The position numbers and the translations under genes were made by a program. Under the pieces are notes generated by a model. The model worked only from the letters and a program-made list of their open reading frames with translations, searched no databases and was not told the origin of the DNA. DNA of 60,129 nt, the filler included, from Globobulimina sp. (taxonomy: Eukaryota), in NCBI GenBank assembly GCA_003354225.1. It is 14 parts of 14 records of this genome, joined end to end, with 100 filler letters (N's around TTAATTAATTAA, not from the genome) between each part and the next. Parts side by side here need not be neighbours in the genome. Positions count along the whole stretch, not along the records: positions 43,039 to 47,237 come from PIVH01001480.1; positions 47,338 to 51,535 come from PIVH01001481.1; positions 51,636 to 55,832 come from PIVH01001482.1; positions 55,933 to 60,129 come from PIVH01001483.1; 10 more parts are not named here. One strand, given 5' to 3'. Below, piece after piece: positions 44,961 to 57,591 of the stretch. Positions within the stretch are counted from its first letter, which is position 1, and every line of letters begins with the position of its first letter.

Positions 44961-46538
44961 ATGACTGAAAAACAAGATTTGATAAATCATGCCCAATCAA
45001 GATCACCCACTCCAACATCAGCATCACTGGGACACGAACAACATTGCACAGAATCTAAACCCAAACATGACAACAGTTTCATTCAATCCACTTCATTCTG
45101 GAACGAGACATGGATAATGTTACAGATATTCTTTCCAATTTGTATAGCCGCTTTAGCAGAATATGCGCCACAAGTCGTCATCAACAATATTATCGGACAT
45201 TTGCCAAATGCGCCGCATGCAATATCATCTGTCGGATTTGCACGAATGTTCAGTCAACTCACAGGAAACCTCATTTGTATGGGAATGATCTCCTGTTTAT
45301 ACACTTACATTCCACAGGCAATTGGCGGCGGGAAAAAAGAACATTTACATATCCATATACAAAGAGCGTTTGTGATTACATTCGTTTTGATGATTCCCAT
45401 CGTTGTTTTGCAGTTCTTTGCCGATAAAATATTCGCAGCTTTCCGTGAGCCAAGTGATATTTTGCGAGATACCAAGTTTTATTGTTTGCTAATTATACCA
45501 AATATTTATGGGAAGACTTGGCTATTTATTGTACAGCGAGTCGCACAGAGTTTAAATTATAATTATTGTGTGTTATGGGCAACGTTGATTGTGGCATTGT
45601 TGATGTATCCATTGAATATATTATTTGTCGATTTCTTTGATTTCGGATTTATGGGTTCCGCCTTTGCATTAGATTTCGCATCGATTGTCTCTTTTATTTG
45701 CATTGCGTTGTATTTATGTTACAAAGGCTATGGATACGTCTTCATTCCAATGTGTTTTTCATTCCATTCGTTGCAGCGATTATGTGACAAAAACAGTATT
45801 TATGATTATTTCGCGTTGTCTCTGCCCGGATTGGCACAGTCTTGTTTTGAATGGTTTATCATGCAAATCGGCACGATTTTGAGTGGTTACATCGTGTCGC
45901 CGAAAATCGCAATCTCTGCGACCATTATTATGGGTTTAATGAATGGAATCTGTATTATGTTTTGTTGGGGATGTTATACTGCGGTAAATATTCGCGTAGG
46001 GAAATATATTGGCGCTGGGAAGGAATTTGAAGCAAAACGTTCCGCAAAATCAGGACTATTTATCTCGCTCACAATCTCTGTCATAATTATCTTATTCTTG
46101 TTATTATTTCGGAATGAAATTCCTTATTTCTTTACAAATGACGAAGCAATCACAGCTTTATTGTCTCAGTTGATCATTGTTTTGTGCTTTCAACAGTTTT
46201 TTATGGTTATTTATAATAATTTGAGTGCAATTTATCGAGGGATTGGATTACAGAAAAAAAGCGCAATAATGGTGTTGATTGGTTATTATTGTATAACACT
46301 GCCAATAACGTTGATCATTTTGTTTCTGCCATCTGTTGATTTGCGTTGTAATGCGGCAGCTGGCACAATGGCCATTTGGTCGTCGCTGGCATTTGGAAAT
46401 CTGATCGCAGCAATTACTTTATTTTCATATCTTTTATGTAAAGTAAATTGGAATGATGTTATTTCTGAATCAAGAATGCGATTAAAAAGAACTTCAAATC
46501 TGTTGAGAACGGAAAATTATGGCAGTAGCAGTAAATAA
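44961..46538 (+). CDS. MATE-family transporter
   Basis: About 12 TM helices; IIGHL, QAIG, HIQRA, SLPG..CFEW, IRVGKYIGAG, IYRGIGLQ. Confidence 0.92.
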   Translation: MTEKQDLINHAQSRSPTPTSASLGHEQHCTESKPKHDNSFIQSTSFWNETWIMLQIFFPICIAALAEYAPQVVINNIIGHLPNAPHAISSVGFARMFSQLTGNLICMGMISCLYTYIPQAIGGGKKEHLHIHIQRAFVITFVLMIPIVVLQFFADKIFAAFREPSDILRDTKFYCLLIIPNIYGKTWLFIVQRVAQSLNYNYCVLWATLIVALLMYPLNILFVDFFDFGFMGSAFALDFASIVSFICIALYLCYKGYGYVFIPMCFSFHSLQRLCDKNSIYDYFALSLPGLAQSCFEWFIMQIGTILSGYIVSPKIAISATIIMGLMNGICIMFCWGCYTAVNIRVGKYIGAGKEFEAKRSAKSGLFISLTISVIIILFLLLFRNEIPYFFTNDEAITALLSQLIIVLCFQQFFMVIYNNLSAIYRGIGLQKKSAIMVLIGYYCITLPITLIILFLPSVDLRCNAAAGTMAIWSSLAFGNLIAAITLFSYLLCKVNWNDVISESRMRLKRTSNLLRTENYGSSSK

Positions 46539-47108
46539 AAACATTTCTTTTCAAATGCGATTATCTGACAATTATTCTCTTTTATTTTTGCTTTATTTTG
46601 AGCATTATTATGTGCAATGTGTTGTAAAGCATATAATACCGATAAATATCAGTATGTCAAACAGTGTATTTCTGTTTGGTCCCTGCTTTTTTATGTAAAC
46701 ACAGTGGATTTGGATATTGCTTTTTTGATAGGCAAATATTTACTGTTTGTCAGATAAATTCCACGTTTATATCAATTGTTAAAATCATTGTCGCTCAGTT
46801 TCTTTTCATAATCATTGTCGTTTTTTAGGAATTCCAAGGACTTTTAGAACTTTGCGTCTGTACAGAAATGAATTGCGGGGTTACAAAAACGTTATATGGT
46901 AACAAATGCGTTGCTGATTGACAGAAAAACCTGCTCAAAACCTTGAGAAAAGTTTCTATCTGCCGCGGGACAGAAGAATCGCAAAGTTCCAAAATCACAA
47001 AAGTCTATGGATCCTAAACCATGAACGATAATGAGTATTTAATAAAACACTGTGTACAATCAACACGACATCATCAAAATAGTTTTCCGCTACGTTTCTT
47101 GAGTGATA

Positions 47109-47237
47109 ATGGCAAGTCTGCAAGAAACCGTTCATGGCCAAATTCAAGGTGAAGATGATGGTTTTGATTTTGATAAATGGATCGAACAAAACCATCTCGA
47201 ACAGGCCAAACCATTCCTGATAAAGCATGGCATGACG
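47109..47237 (+). CDS. N-terminal fragment with a SAM-like helix
   Basis: FDKWIEQNHLEQAKPFLIKHGMT; runs off the contig end. Confidence 0.4.
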
Positions 47238-47942
47238 NNNNNNNNNNNNNNNNNNNNNNNNNNNNNNNNNNNNNNNNNNNNTTAATTAATTAANNNNNNN
47301 NNNNNNNNNNNNNNNNNNNNNNNNNNNNNNNNNNNNNGGATTTTGAAAATGCTCAATGATAATAAAAAAGTTAAATTGGTTTTGAATTTAAATGATGGAA
47401 TACTCAGAAAAATGCGTTTTATTCACAGAGTGACATGCAACTTTCTTCCAACTTTTTCTCTATCCGACAATAACAATGATTTACCAGCGCAAAATCGTTG
47501 GCATTCTTGAGACCGATCAATTCAATGAATGTTTCTATGTGGTGTTGACTGATTTGCTTGTAATCATTGATAGCGTCGGTCAGGGTTTTTTTATAACGTT
47601 CTTTGCAATTTGCATTCTCAATCCATTCAATCAAAACCTTTTGTTAGCTGGTGGATTTTTAGTGGGAGCCATAGTTGATTCATATGTTTGCGTTCGAATT
47701 GAAGATTCATCACAAACGTATTTTGATATAGAGGTTAATGAACAAAACCAAATAATGATAAAAATGGTGTATCCTGCCAACCTGTACAGTATTTATATAC
47801 TTACAGATTCTGATTACATCAGAGCTTAATTATAGACACAAAAAATTACCTAAAGTTTTTGAACAATCATTATATCCATAATTTGTGTACACTGCATGTG
47901 GACATATTGGACCAGAACAGGAAAATCTATCTGGTGTATAAC

Positions 47943-48212
47943 TCAATGGACCAAGTACTGTGACTGGGTCACCACTACAATCACCAGATCAATATGTATA
48001 TGAATATAAACGGCATCACCTTCATTGTTACAATCTGTTTCTTTTGATGTGATTGTTCCATTATCATAAACTTGAATACATAGCCCCAGATATGAAGAAA
48101 ACGTAAAACTTGATCCACAAATCATTCTACAACCTTGTTGTCCGCATACTGCAGAAATTGATTGTCTCATTAACAGTACAAACAAAACAACAACTGTCGA
48201 AGACGAAGACAT
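47943..48212 (-). CDS. Small secreted Cys-containing protein (3' end uncertain)
   Basis: Signal peptide followed by several cysteines. Confidence 0.45.
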   Translation of the reverse strand: MSSSSTVVVLFVLLMRQSISAVCGQQGCRMICGSSFTFSSYLGLCIQVYDNGTITSKETDCNNEGDAVYIHIHIDLVIVVVTQSQYLVH

Positions 48213-48268
48213 GATGATTAATAAAACTTAAATAGTTTTGATCCTACACTTCAAAAAATACATAAACC

Positions 48269-49724
48269 ATGCAAGTAGGTGCACAAGTTGCTATTATAGC
48301 AACAGGAGCCGTTACAGCGTATTTAATGGCTAAATTAACTCCAAAAGCGGATGCAAAAATAGCAACAGATACACCTGAACCGACAGAAGAAATTCCAGCA
48401 GAGGAAGCAATAGAATGTGAGCCATATTGTGCATGGAACTTAAGATTGGCAAAAGATGACGATTTCGATATAATTCAACACATAACTGAACAATCTCTAT
48501 CGCATGAATTGGAAAATAGTACTCCTGTGGCAAAGAAGAAAGCGTTAGAAATAATGAAATTTGGTTTACCGTGCTATTCAAATCTCCGATTTTTTGATTC
48601 ATATTGTTCATCAATAAATTATTATACATCTATACCGAATTGGTGTGGTGAGTTGATATCAAATGATGACTTACAAATAAATGAATGTGTGGATCGCAAA
48701 AACTGTCCAGGTTTCTGTGAAGATGAATCTGTTCCAAATCCTTTTAGAAGTTCTTTAACTGATTTTAAACGAAGTGGTTTATCGCGAGGTCATTTAGTTC
48801 CTGCAGGAGATCATAATTCATGTCAACTTAATAAAGATTTAACTTTTAAATTATCCAATGTCGTCCCGCAGAGCATGTCAATGAATGGCTGTGATTGGTT
48901 AAGAATTGAAAGATTTGTTAAAAAACTTGTGCTTACAAATGATGAAATTGGTATTTTAGTATATATCACATACTATATTCCATATTAATGTATTATACAC
49001 AGAAAAATGTTGGATATTTAGTGGTCCTGTGTTTAAGCCAAAGTTTAAGGATTATGATGATCATAGTTACTGTAAACCCGTTATGGTAAAAAAAAAGTAT
49101 GAAGAAGGCGAGGAAGATAAGGAGGAAATGGAAGAGATTTTAAAAGTTTATAATGAAAGGAAAGGAAAAACGGCACGAGATGGAAGGTTGAAAGGTAAGA
49201 TTGAATACAATACGATTGGGGCCACACATGTTCATGTTCCTACTCATTTATATAAAGTAATTTTAGCAGAACGGAATGATGATGTTGTGAAACATGATAA
49301 TATTAACAAATATCAATTGGCTGCTTTTATGGTGGCCAATGAAGCAATTCATGATAAAGTCGGTATAAGTGATTATTTGATAGATATTGAGGAATTGGAA
49401 CATTTTGTTGGATTGCAGTTTTTTCCGAAGTTACGATGTGGCACAGATGCAGATCATGGAAATGTAGCAAAATATGCTGAATTATGTTTAAATTATGATT
49501 GTGAATATGACGATGATGAAAGGAGTGCTGGATGGAGGGGATTAGGAATACTTGAAACTGCAAAAAGTTTGCAAGAATTGGAAAATGTGTGGAAGGCGGT
49601 GGATGAAAAGGGATTTGAACAAAAATGGGTGAGAGGAATGTATAAAAGAGCATATTATTACAGACAAAAGGACTTAATCAAACCAATTCAAAAACGAATT
49701 AATTACATGAGACGTTTTGAGTAA
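48269..49724 (+). CDS. ENDOG: Endonuclease G-like DNA/RNA non-specific nuclease; intron 48951-49002
   Basis: IPNWCGE, DFKRSGLSRGHLVPAGD, TFKLSNVVPQ, W.RIE, SGPVF, VPTHLYKVIL, IEELEHFVGLQFF. Confidence 0.9.
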
Positions 49725-50023
49725 TCATGAATCTATGATTCTCTTCCAAAATTATTTAAAATCCATATATATACAGTGCCTGTTTTTCTTTTATGTCGGC
49801 CGGACTTCCAAATATAGAATGAAAATCTGAATTATAGCGAAAATTGAAAAACAGATCGCAATGATAATCATCAAACAAAAAATTGATTTCTTAAAGTTTT
49901 GAAGAAATACAATTATAATCATAAATAATCGGTAATATGACGACATAAAATTTGGTGAAAGTATTGTTTCGGAAAAATTGAAATTTAAATAAATATAAAA
50001 TGGCTGTAACAATGAAGCACTGT

Positions 50024-50430
50024 TTATTGTACATGCAATCCAAATATTGTAACAACAACATGTGTAGTAGTATTTGTCCAATTAATACAACAACATCCAT
50101 CTGTTCCGGCATCCCATCGACAATCACTGCTCGCATATAATCCGGCACCGTTCTTTTGTTCCATTAATACAGTCACAATATATCTGAATGCAAATGCAAT
50201 ATAGTTATATATGTAATGCAATTTGATATTATTATATATTTAATTAACTTGAATGGTTTATTTAATGTCTGTAAATGCGTAAGGACTGATTCGACAATTT
50301 TATTCATCCATATCTTTGAATCTTTTTCTGTATACAATTTATCGCCAATAACATTAGTCACCGATTCATTTGCTAATTTTGAGATTGCTGATTGATTAAA
50401 CATTAACTCTTCATCATCTAAATCGTCCAT
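50024..50430 (-). CDS. DYNLT1: Dynein light chain Tctex-type; intron 50248-50184
   Basis: LNKPFK|YIVTVLMEQKNGAGL..S..WD..TDG..W.N...VVTIFG. Confidence 0.9.
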
Positions 50431-50687
50431 AATTTAGTGTAACCTATTTAATGTACTACGGAAAGATGAATAATTTGAATTATAAATCCCAACCGATTCA
50501 CAAAAACTTCAAGTGTGACACACTGAAAAACAAACCAGCATAATGGGTTGCTGTCAGGCAAAGCCAACATCTCCAGCACAGCAAAAAAGCGCATTTAGTG
50601 ATTATACGAAAAGAAACGAAGTTTAGTTTGAAATAACAAATTTCGTGCAAACCAAACCCAATAATTCTAAAAACCCATACGCAGCAT

Positions 50688-51535
50688 CATGGAGGCGATA
50701 GTAACTACACATTAAGCTCAGTCAATAAAGGCCTCAAAAATTCAGTGAAATACTATTCAACGCGCGTAAAATCATCACCATCACAAGACGGGAACTACAC
50801 AATCGAGGCAGTCCGAGTCGACACAAACAGCACAGACCACCAACGGCTACATGCTGCAGAATTAGCTCAATTCAACACACAAAGTTCATCTTCTTCTAAT
50901 ACCTCTAATAACTCCACCAAACGCTTACTAAACCATAAAAGTTATTCCTTTTCAAAATAACAACACCAACAAAACCAATTATAAATGCAATTTACAACCT
51001 ACATTCCCTCCACATACACCTATATATAATACACATATACAACCCATTGCACACAGACAAGGTTAACAACTCAGCAACATTACCCTCAGCACACCCCAAA
51101 CCATTCGAGAAACACACGTTTAAACAAACCTTATCCCCCAACGATGCTTCCCCCAAACCACCAACCAAACTAAACAACGAAAACAATATAAACAACAACA
51201 CCATAAATCTCGCCAACGAGCGAGAAGTATCAGTGTCAAAATCACGCTCACGACAATTTAGGCCACGCTCTGAACCAACAGACAGATCGCCAGAAACAGC
51301 AAACGGTAACGGATCCGCACCACCAAATATCAAAAAAGAGATCAGCAGTGATCCGCCGCCCATCAATGACGAAGACGAAGACGATTTCGGGTCCTCCTCC
51401 TCGGGCGATGAAGAAATACCTGGCCTAAAAGAGATTGTACTGAGTGATGATGAAGAGGATGACGACGAGGACGAGGAAGACGATGCAAACCTGCAATTGA
51501 TGCAATTCTTGGTAGCGCAGGAAAATGAGCGCTTA
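50688..51535 (+). CDS. Low-complexity Ser/Asn/acidic protein, spliced, 3' partial
   Basis: ORF segments 50745-50960 and 51047-51535 with coding-like composition and a poly-acidic tract; exon boundaries are uncertain. Confidence 0.4.
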
Positions 51536-51635
51536 NNNNNNNNNNNNNNNNNNNNNNNNNNNNNNNNNNNNNNNNNNNNTTAATTAATTAANNNNNNNNN
51601 NNNNNNNNNNNNNNNNNNNNNNNNNNNNNNNNNNN

Positions 51636-52658
51636 AACGAACCGAAGAATATCTGGTATTTCGGACTCATTTGTATTGTTTTTATAATCTAAAATAAATG
51701 AATCCGTATCGTATTCATCATTCATCAAAAAATTATGCAATTTATTCACAATATTTAGATTTATATTATATTTCACCATTTCATCGTTTAATCCGTCCAT
51801 AAAACAAATAATAACATCATCTGTCTCGGTCTCCGCAGCTGCTTCTTTTTTCTCGTCGGCGTCAAACAAAATGGAACCGGCATTGATATAATTATTCGTT
51901 GTTATAAATTTACTGAAATTAGAGGTTGTTCTTCTTGTTACTCGACACCGCGTCGAATTGCATCGTATTGTTTTAATGGTTTTTGTTAATTGATGAGCCA
52001 TATAATCTTTACACAATACATAATTATCAAAATTCTTCTCATCCATATTATTATTCTCATTTATCGATTTGTTATCTACCAATTTATTCAAATCAATTCG
52101 CATCGTATGATATATATAACAATGCACAGAGTCCAGACATTGTTGATGTGCTATCGACTGATTTGCGTCATTTGCATCTATATTCTTATTATCATTAATA
52201 AAATAAAATGCATTTCGTTGTTTATAATGCCTCGAATAATATGCCTTATCTCTTTCGTGTCTCTCAATGACAAAACACGAATTAATATCACATAAATCAT
52301 CACTTTTATTGTCCATATCGCCATTATCAAATCCTAATAAATGTTTATTATCGAGGACATGCTTAAAATCATTCAAACAATGGGCAAAATTATAATATTT
52401 TGATAATTCATTGTTTATTATATCGCCAATATCAATGTTAATATTGTTCTTATTTCTTTTTTTAATTTGAATCCACAATGAATAAATTCTCAGAATGCAT
52501 TTTAATCTTTTTATACATTCGTCGGTGTTGTGAATGGCACTTTGATTAAATAATGCAACCATATTATATTCTTTATTATTAATATCGATGCCATATTTCT
52601 GCAAATTTCTATGTCGTATTTCGGTTGATTGAGTTTGTTGTTTTGTTTCTTGTGATTT
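51636..52658 (-). CDS. Lineage-expanded hypothetical protein with a Cys/His-bearing domain, partial
   Basis: CIKRL..L..Y, LNDFKHVL..H, CDINSC...RH.R, LDSVHCYIYH, SKF, EYDTDS. The frame opens at a TTTGTTTAG acceptor at 52659. Confidence 0.6.
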
Positions 52659-53872
52659 CTAAACAAAACAAATTTTTTATTATATAGGAGTAATCCTTTG
52701 ATTTGTGTGCAAGGATAGGACTTTGGACATAAGCATAATGTGTACCTTATTTCCCATATTGATTTACAATTCGATCGCACCAATTTGTTATTGGTTTATC
52801 GTGTACTTTTCTCTTACATTTTTTCGAGTGTATATTAGAAGTTCGAGTTTTTTCTTAAATAAGAACTGAATGGCTCTAATTTCCATTTATAATAATCTTC
52901 TGTTCGTGGCTCACAGAGAAGCGCGTTTAACTTATTTCAACGCGAGATTTTAAAGCCTATACTCGAATCGAGTTCAGCCGACCCCCCAATAAATATTACT
53001 GAGTCATCATCCGTCGACAACCATGAACGAGCATTCCAGGCATTTAAAGACAAATGGCTCCTTCATCATGATTCACAGGCTGCAGATCGATTATTTAATG
53101 CGCTGTATGACTCGGGCTCAGACGCTCATATTTTGGATGAAAAGGAGAAAGAAATTGACATTTAGATATTAATAATTAGTATTAGAATTATTTGGGTTTA
53201 TTTTATGTGGATTAGTTTTGTTTTATTTTATTTTAACTTATTTTATTTTGTTCATTTTGATTGGTTATATTATAATCGATGTGTTTCGATATTTCGATTT
53301 TGATTTTGACTTTTGTTGTACAAATTGATTTTATCTCTTTCGTTTATTTTGCTTGCTTTCATAACCGTATTTTATCTGATTTTATTTGATTATTTTATCG
53401 ATAATCTATATTGTTTCATCGTATATTCATTCCATTTCGTTTTATTTTAATATTATTTTATTTCTTGAAATATGTGATTATTATCATTTTACCTCATTCC
53501 TTGTCTTTAAATTTTTATTAATGATAATGTTTGTTGATATTATATTCTTTATTTTTATTTTGCTCACATTTTCAATGTTGGCAAGCACATATATTGGTAT
53601 TTGGATTTGGATCAATAATGATAATATTTTGATTTTGTATACAATTCATCCCATTAATTATTCGTTTTATATTTCATTTTTCTATGATTGCTTTGATCAT
53701 ATTTATAATTATTGATTGGTTGTATTTGTAATTTGATTCCTTTATCCTTCACCTCTATATTTTCATTCTTTTTATAATTTGTGGATTTTTGTTATTTTTG
53801 TGTCCTTACATAGTGATAAAGTTTTTTAGTTTTGGTTTTTCTTATTTAGAAAACCACTTAACTTTTAAATTT

Positions 53873-53911
53873 AACTCCTGACGAAGACAGTATCTGTCGA
53901 AACGTCGAATT
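53873..53911 (+). ncRNA. Minimal type I hammerhead ribozyme of the Penelope-like-element kind
   Basis: AACUC-CUGACGA-A-GACAG(UAU)CUGUC-GAAA-CG-UC/GAAUU: complete catalytic core, 5-bp stem II, palindromic ACGU in place of stem III, stem I with 4 of 5 pairs. Confidence 0.8.
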
Positions 53912-54085
53912 TTTGTCTTGTTTAAAATAACCCTATCTAGAAACAAACACCTCACAAAACACATTCATATTGGATTGATATTAAACAAATTCATCCAATC
54001 AGCTTTCTTTCTGTTGTAAAAATGTATATCGTTTGTCAAAATCATTCTAATTTTCGGAAAACTGCATTCCATTACTTTGTGAACA

Positions 54086-55560
54086 ATGCTCTCTCTTTGC
54101 ATTACTCTCGCAATTTTACTAAATTGCTGCACATCTGCACAACAACTCGCATCCGATGGTTTATCACCTGTCGATTTTTTGATTACTTCGTTACCCGCTT
54201 TTAATGGAAGTTTCAACGACATTCCATTTAAACAGTATTCCGGCTATATGCCATTGGGAGATATTGACGAAACAGCATTATTTTTTTGGTTTCTTGAATC
54301 ACAAAGTAATCCTTCCACTGATCCATTGGTTTTATGGTTAAACGGCGGACCTGGCGCATCTTCGCTTGATTATGGTTTTTGGACAGAACACGGACCATTC
54401 AGATTACAGCAGAATGCAGTCAGTGTTTTGAGTAATTTTAATTACTCATGGAACAAAATAGCAAATGTAATATATTTAGAAACACCATCAGGTTATAAAA
54501 TTATATCCGATCCCCTTCCTTAACATAAGAAACATAACATTTGCTTCTAACAGGAGTTGGATATTCTTATTCGAACAGGTCATCAGGTTATAACTGTTCA
54601 GACAATAAAACAGCAGAAATAAATTACTTATTTTTGCAAAACTTCTTGAATGTGTTCACTGACTATGGCGGGTCGCATGAGATAGTACTAACTGGTGAAA
54701 GTTATGGAGGACACTATATTCCTCAGTTGGCGCAGTACATTATCCAACATAACAATAATAAATGGAATGTGACTGGATTTCTATTGGGTAATCCAGATAT
54801 AAATTTGGATTTTGATTATGCTCCAAATGCATTTGCATTTACAACATATATGTGGTCGCACGGATTATTGCCGCAAACAGCATATATCAAATCATATATT
54901 GCTTGCGATTGGGACCAGTTTTTAACAAATTGTTCGAGAGAGTTTACCCATCCAACAGATGAATGTATAGCTGCTAATAATGCGTCATATGAATATATGC
55001 CAAATTGTATTCCTGATATGAACCCTCCGACCTCTTGCAATCATGATATTTATGTGCCAACTTGTCATGAAAATAGCACTTCAAAGGTGGAATTCCAACA
55101 AGATGGTTATGTGTATAATCCGTGTATGTATAATTGGACGCCGATGTATATGAATCGAGAGGATGTGCTTAAAGCGATTCATGCATTCGGTCATTACAAC
55201 AGAACGTATCCAGATGCCCCAAGCAATTGGTTTTATGCGGACAATAGGCAGAATATGGCGTTGTTGTATCCTTACTTTTTTGAACAAAGACCAAATTGGA
55301 AAATTAGTATCATTTCAGGTGATGCGGATCCTGATGGAAATTGTTTATCAATGCAACGAGAGATTACTTGTTTTAACAGACCAGTCGTTAAGGAGTGGTT
55401 TAATTGGATGATGGATGGAGATGTTGCTGGTGCTGTTCAAATATATCAAGGAATTACCTTTCAAACTGTCAAACATTGTGGACATATGATACCAACTTAT
55501 TGTCCTAAAGCTGGGTTTCAGTTTTTTCAGCAATATGTTTCTGGAATATATAGTTCCTAA
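54086..55560 (+). CDS. Serine carboxypeptidase (peptidase S10); intron 54492-54553
   Basis: Signal peptide, [61 protein letters not shown]. Confidence 0.95.
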
Positions 55561-55932
55561 CTTTTTACATAATTATTACCGCATTCTGCTATCTTAGTAC
55601 TTTAAAAACGTTTTTTAACTTTTTTTTAAAGGAGAGGGGAAAACAAGGCTTTGTAACTTGTGTTAATTAAAGTCGGGGGGCTAGCATAGCACAAATGCTT
55701 AGATTTATTTAATTATTATTATATGATTCCGAGAGACTAGATATTAATCTCAACGCCACAAAATTCTAAATTACAATAATTTAGAGGGAGTCTCTTACAT
55801 CATATAATATGTAACAATCAAACAGATCTAATNNNNNNNNNNNNNNNNNNNNNNNNNNNNNNNNNNNNNNNNNNNNTTAATTAATTAANNNNNNNNNNNN
55901 NNNNNNNNNNNNNNNNNNNNNNNNNNNNNNNN

Positions 55933-57469
55933 TGTGCCGTGTGTGGCAGGCAGGCCATCCATAGTATGCTCCTCTTCTTGTTCTGGCTGGTCTTCGTCAT
56001 CGGATTCGGCGATGAGTAGCGTCTGATTTGTGGTCGAATTTAACGGCATTTCCAAATTAAATGCAGATACAACTGCCCTGTTTTTGTATGTTGCTATATT
56101 TAATACAAACTGACTTTATATTATATAGCATATACCTTTGTGACTGTATTTGTGCTCTACGCAATTTAATCTCGTCGCCTTCGTCAGAGTTTAGGTCGTA
56201 AGCATCGATATCATTCACAAGATGCAAATCATTGCGTTTCTTGTTGTGAGGATGTTGCGATGTAAATATGCTATTCGCCGAATAATAGGTCGGCGGTATA
56301 GTGGATTGAGCGATGATTACATTATTTTTCTTATTTTTATGTTTTTGGGTATGTTGCGATGTAAATACATTCCTCGCGGAATAATAGGTCGGTATTTGAT
56401 GTTTATTCATATTTGAGTGATATTTGGGCGTATTGACTGATTTGGATCTCGCGGTGCGTAGTGCCTCACTGATGGCTTGTACATAATACCTGCCTTGAGA
56501 CGTCACATTGGTTATAAATGAGTATGAGTTTGAGTTTGCATTGCTGTCAGTTTTCAACTCTTCCTCTTCCTCTTCGTCTTCCTGTAGCTGTATATCATCG
56601 ATATCGCCATCGAATGTGTACCTTTTTAGCGAGGATATCTCAATGGTATCAGCCTCAGGCTCTGATCGGGAGGACATCACAAATTTATTTTCACATTTGC
56701 CTTGCATCATTTTTATTTGTACAGAGGTTTGACGCATTTTAAGCAGACATAAAGAGGCGATTATTACGCCCAAACAAGCAAAACAAAACACAGTTAATAC
56801 GGCGATCTCAATGATGTATATTGCATCTTTGTGTTTGGCATTGCCGGTTAGGCTGTATTGCGACTTTAAATGTGAGATAATTATCACTGTTTCAATGGAT
56901 ATATTGTATAATGTAACACATGCGGCGTTGGAGAGGCTGTCACTGATCCACAGTTTGATGGTATTTATTGTGTCGTAAGTATTTATTGCTAAGTGCTGCT
57001 CATTAATTATTATTATATCATTTATAGCAACATATACATGCGATATATTATAGTGAATGTCGATTGCATAGGCTGTATCTGGTCGAATTGGATGGAATGG
57101 GGTGAGGCAATATTGATTCAGTAAGGAGAAATACAATGAATTATGCTTTGGTGATAACCACATGGATGGGTATTCTGTGCAATGCATATCATTATTATTG
57201 TTCATATCGTTGCTGTGAGTCGTTGATTGGATAGAAAATATATTTTCCAGTTTGTCTGATGTAGTGGATGGCTTATCATGATAAATGAGATTAAATTTAA
57301 TGAAAATTTCATCCAATATTAGTATTGAACCATATGACGTATTCACTGTTGCTTCTACACTGGAATCAATCTTAATGTAAGTTGTGCTGTCAGTCTCCAC
57401 AATGTGTCCATCATGACTTGCGACACACATATTCATAAATACTAGCATTACCAAACATCCTTTAATCAT
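55933..57469 (-). CDS. Single-pass type I membrane protein, 3' partial; intron near 56135-56078
   Basis: Signal peptide, beta-rich ectodomain, TM IYIIEIAVLTVFCFACLGVIIASLCLL, and a duplicated cytoplasmic PTYYSAxxxFTSQH. Confidence 0.65.
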
Positions 57470-57591
57470 GCTTGAGTGAGGGTCACTAGCGAGATTTAAA
57501 GAAAATTTTCAGAAGGCTCGGAATATTTGAGTTCTGATTTTTAGGTATTTAATGTGAGAGTAAGGCTGAGAGAAAAAAAAGGGTTACGTTG

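Noticed and set aside
53886-53941. Hairpin plus CTAG as a Helitron 3' end
   Set aside because: The hairpin is about 40 nt from CTAG, the next base is A rather than T, and the hairpin fits a hammerhead core better
52666-53947. AAACAAA at 52666-52672 and 53941-53947 as a target-site duplication
   Set aside because: Low-complexity 7-mer that is likely to occur by chance; boundaries cannot be confirmed without an empty-site allele
4211-55932. Regularly spaced TTAATTAATTAA palindromes as a biological repeat or CRISPR-like array
   Set aside because: They are embedded in N runs and are assembly linkers. For the same reason, adjacency of genes across linkers carries no meaning.
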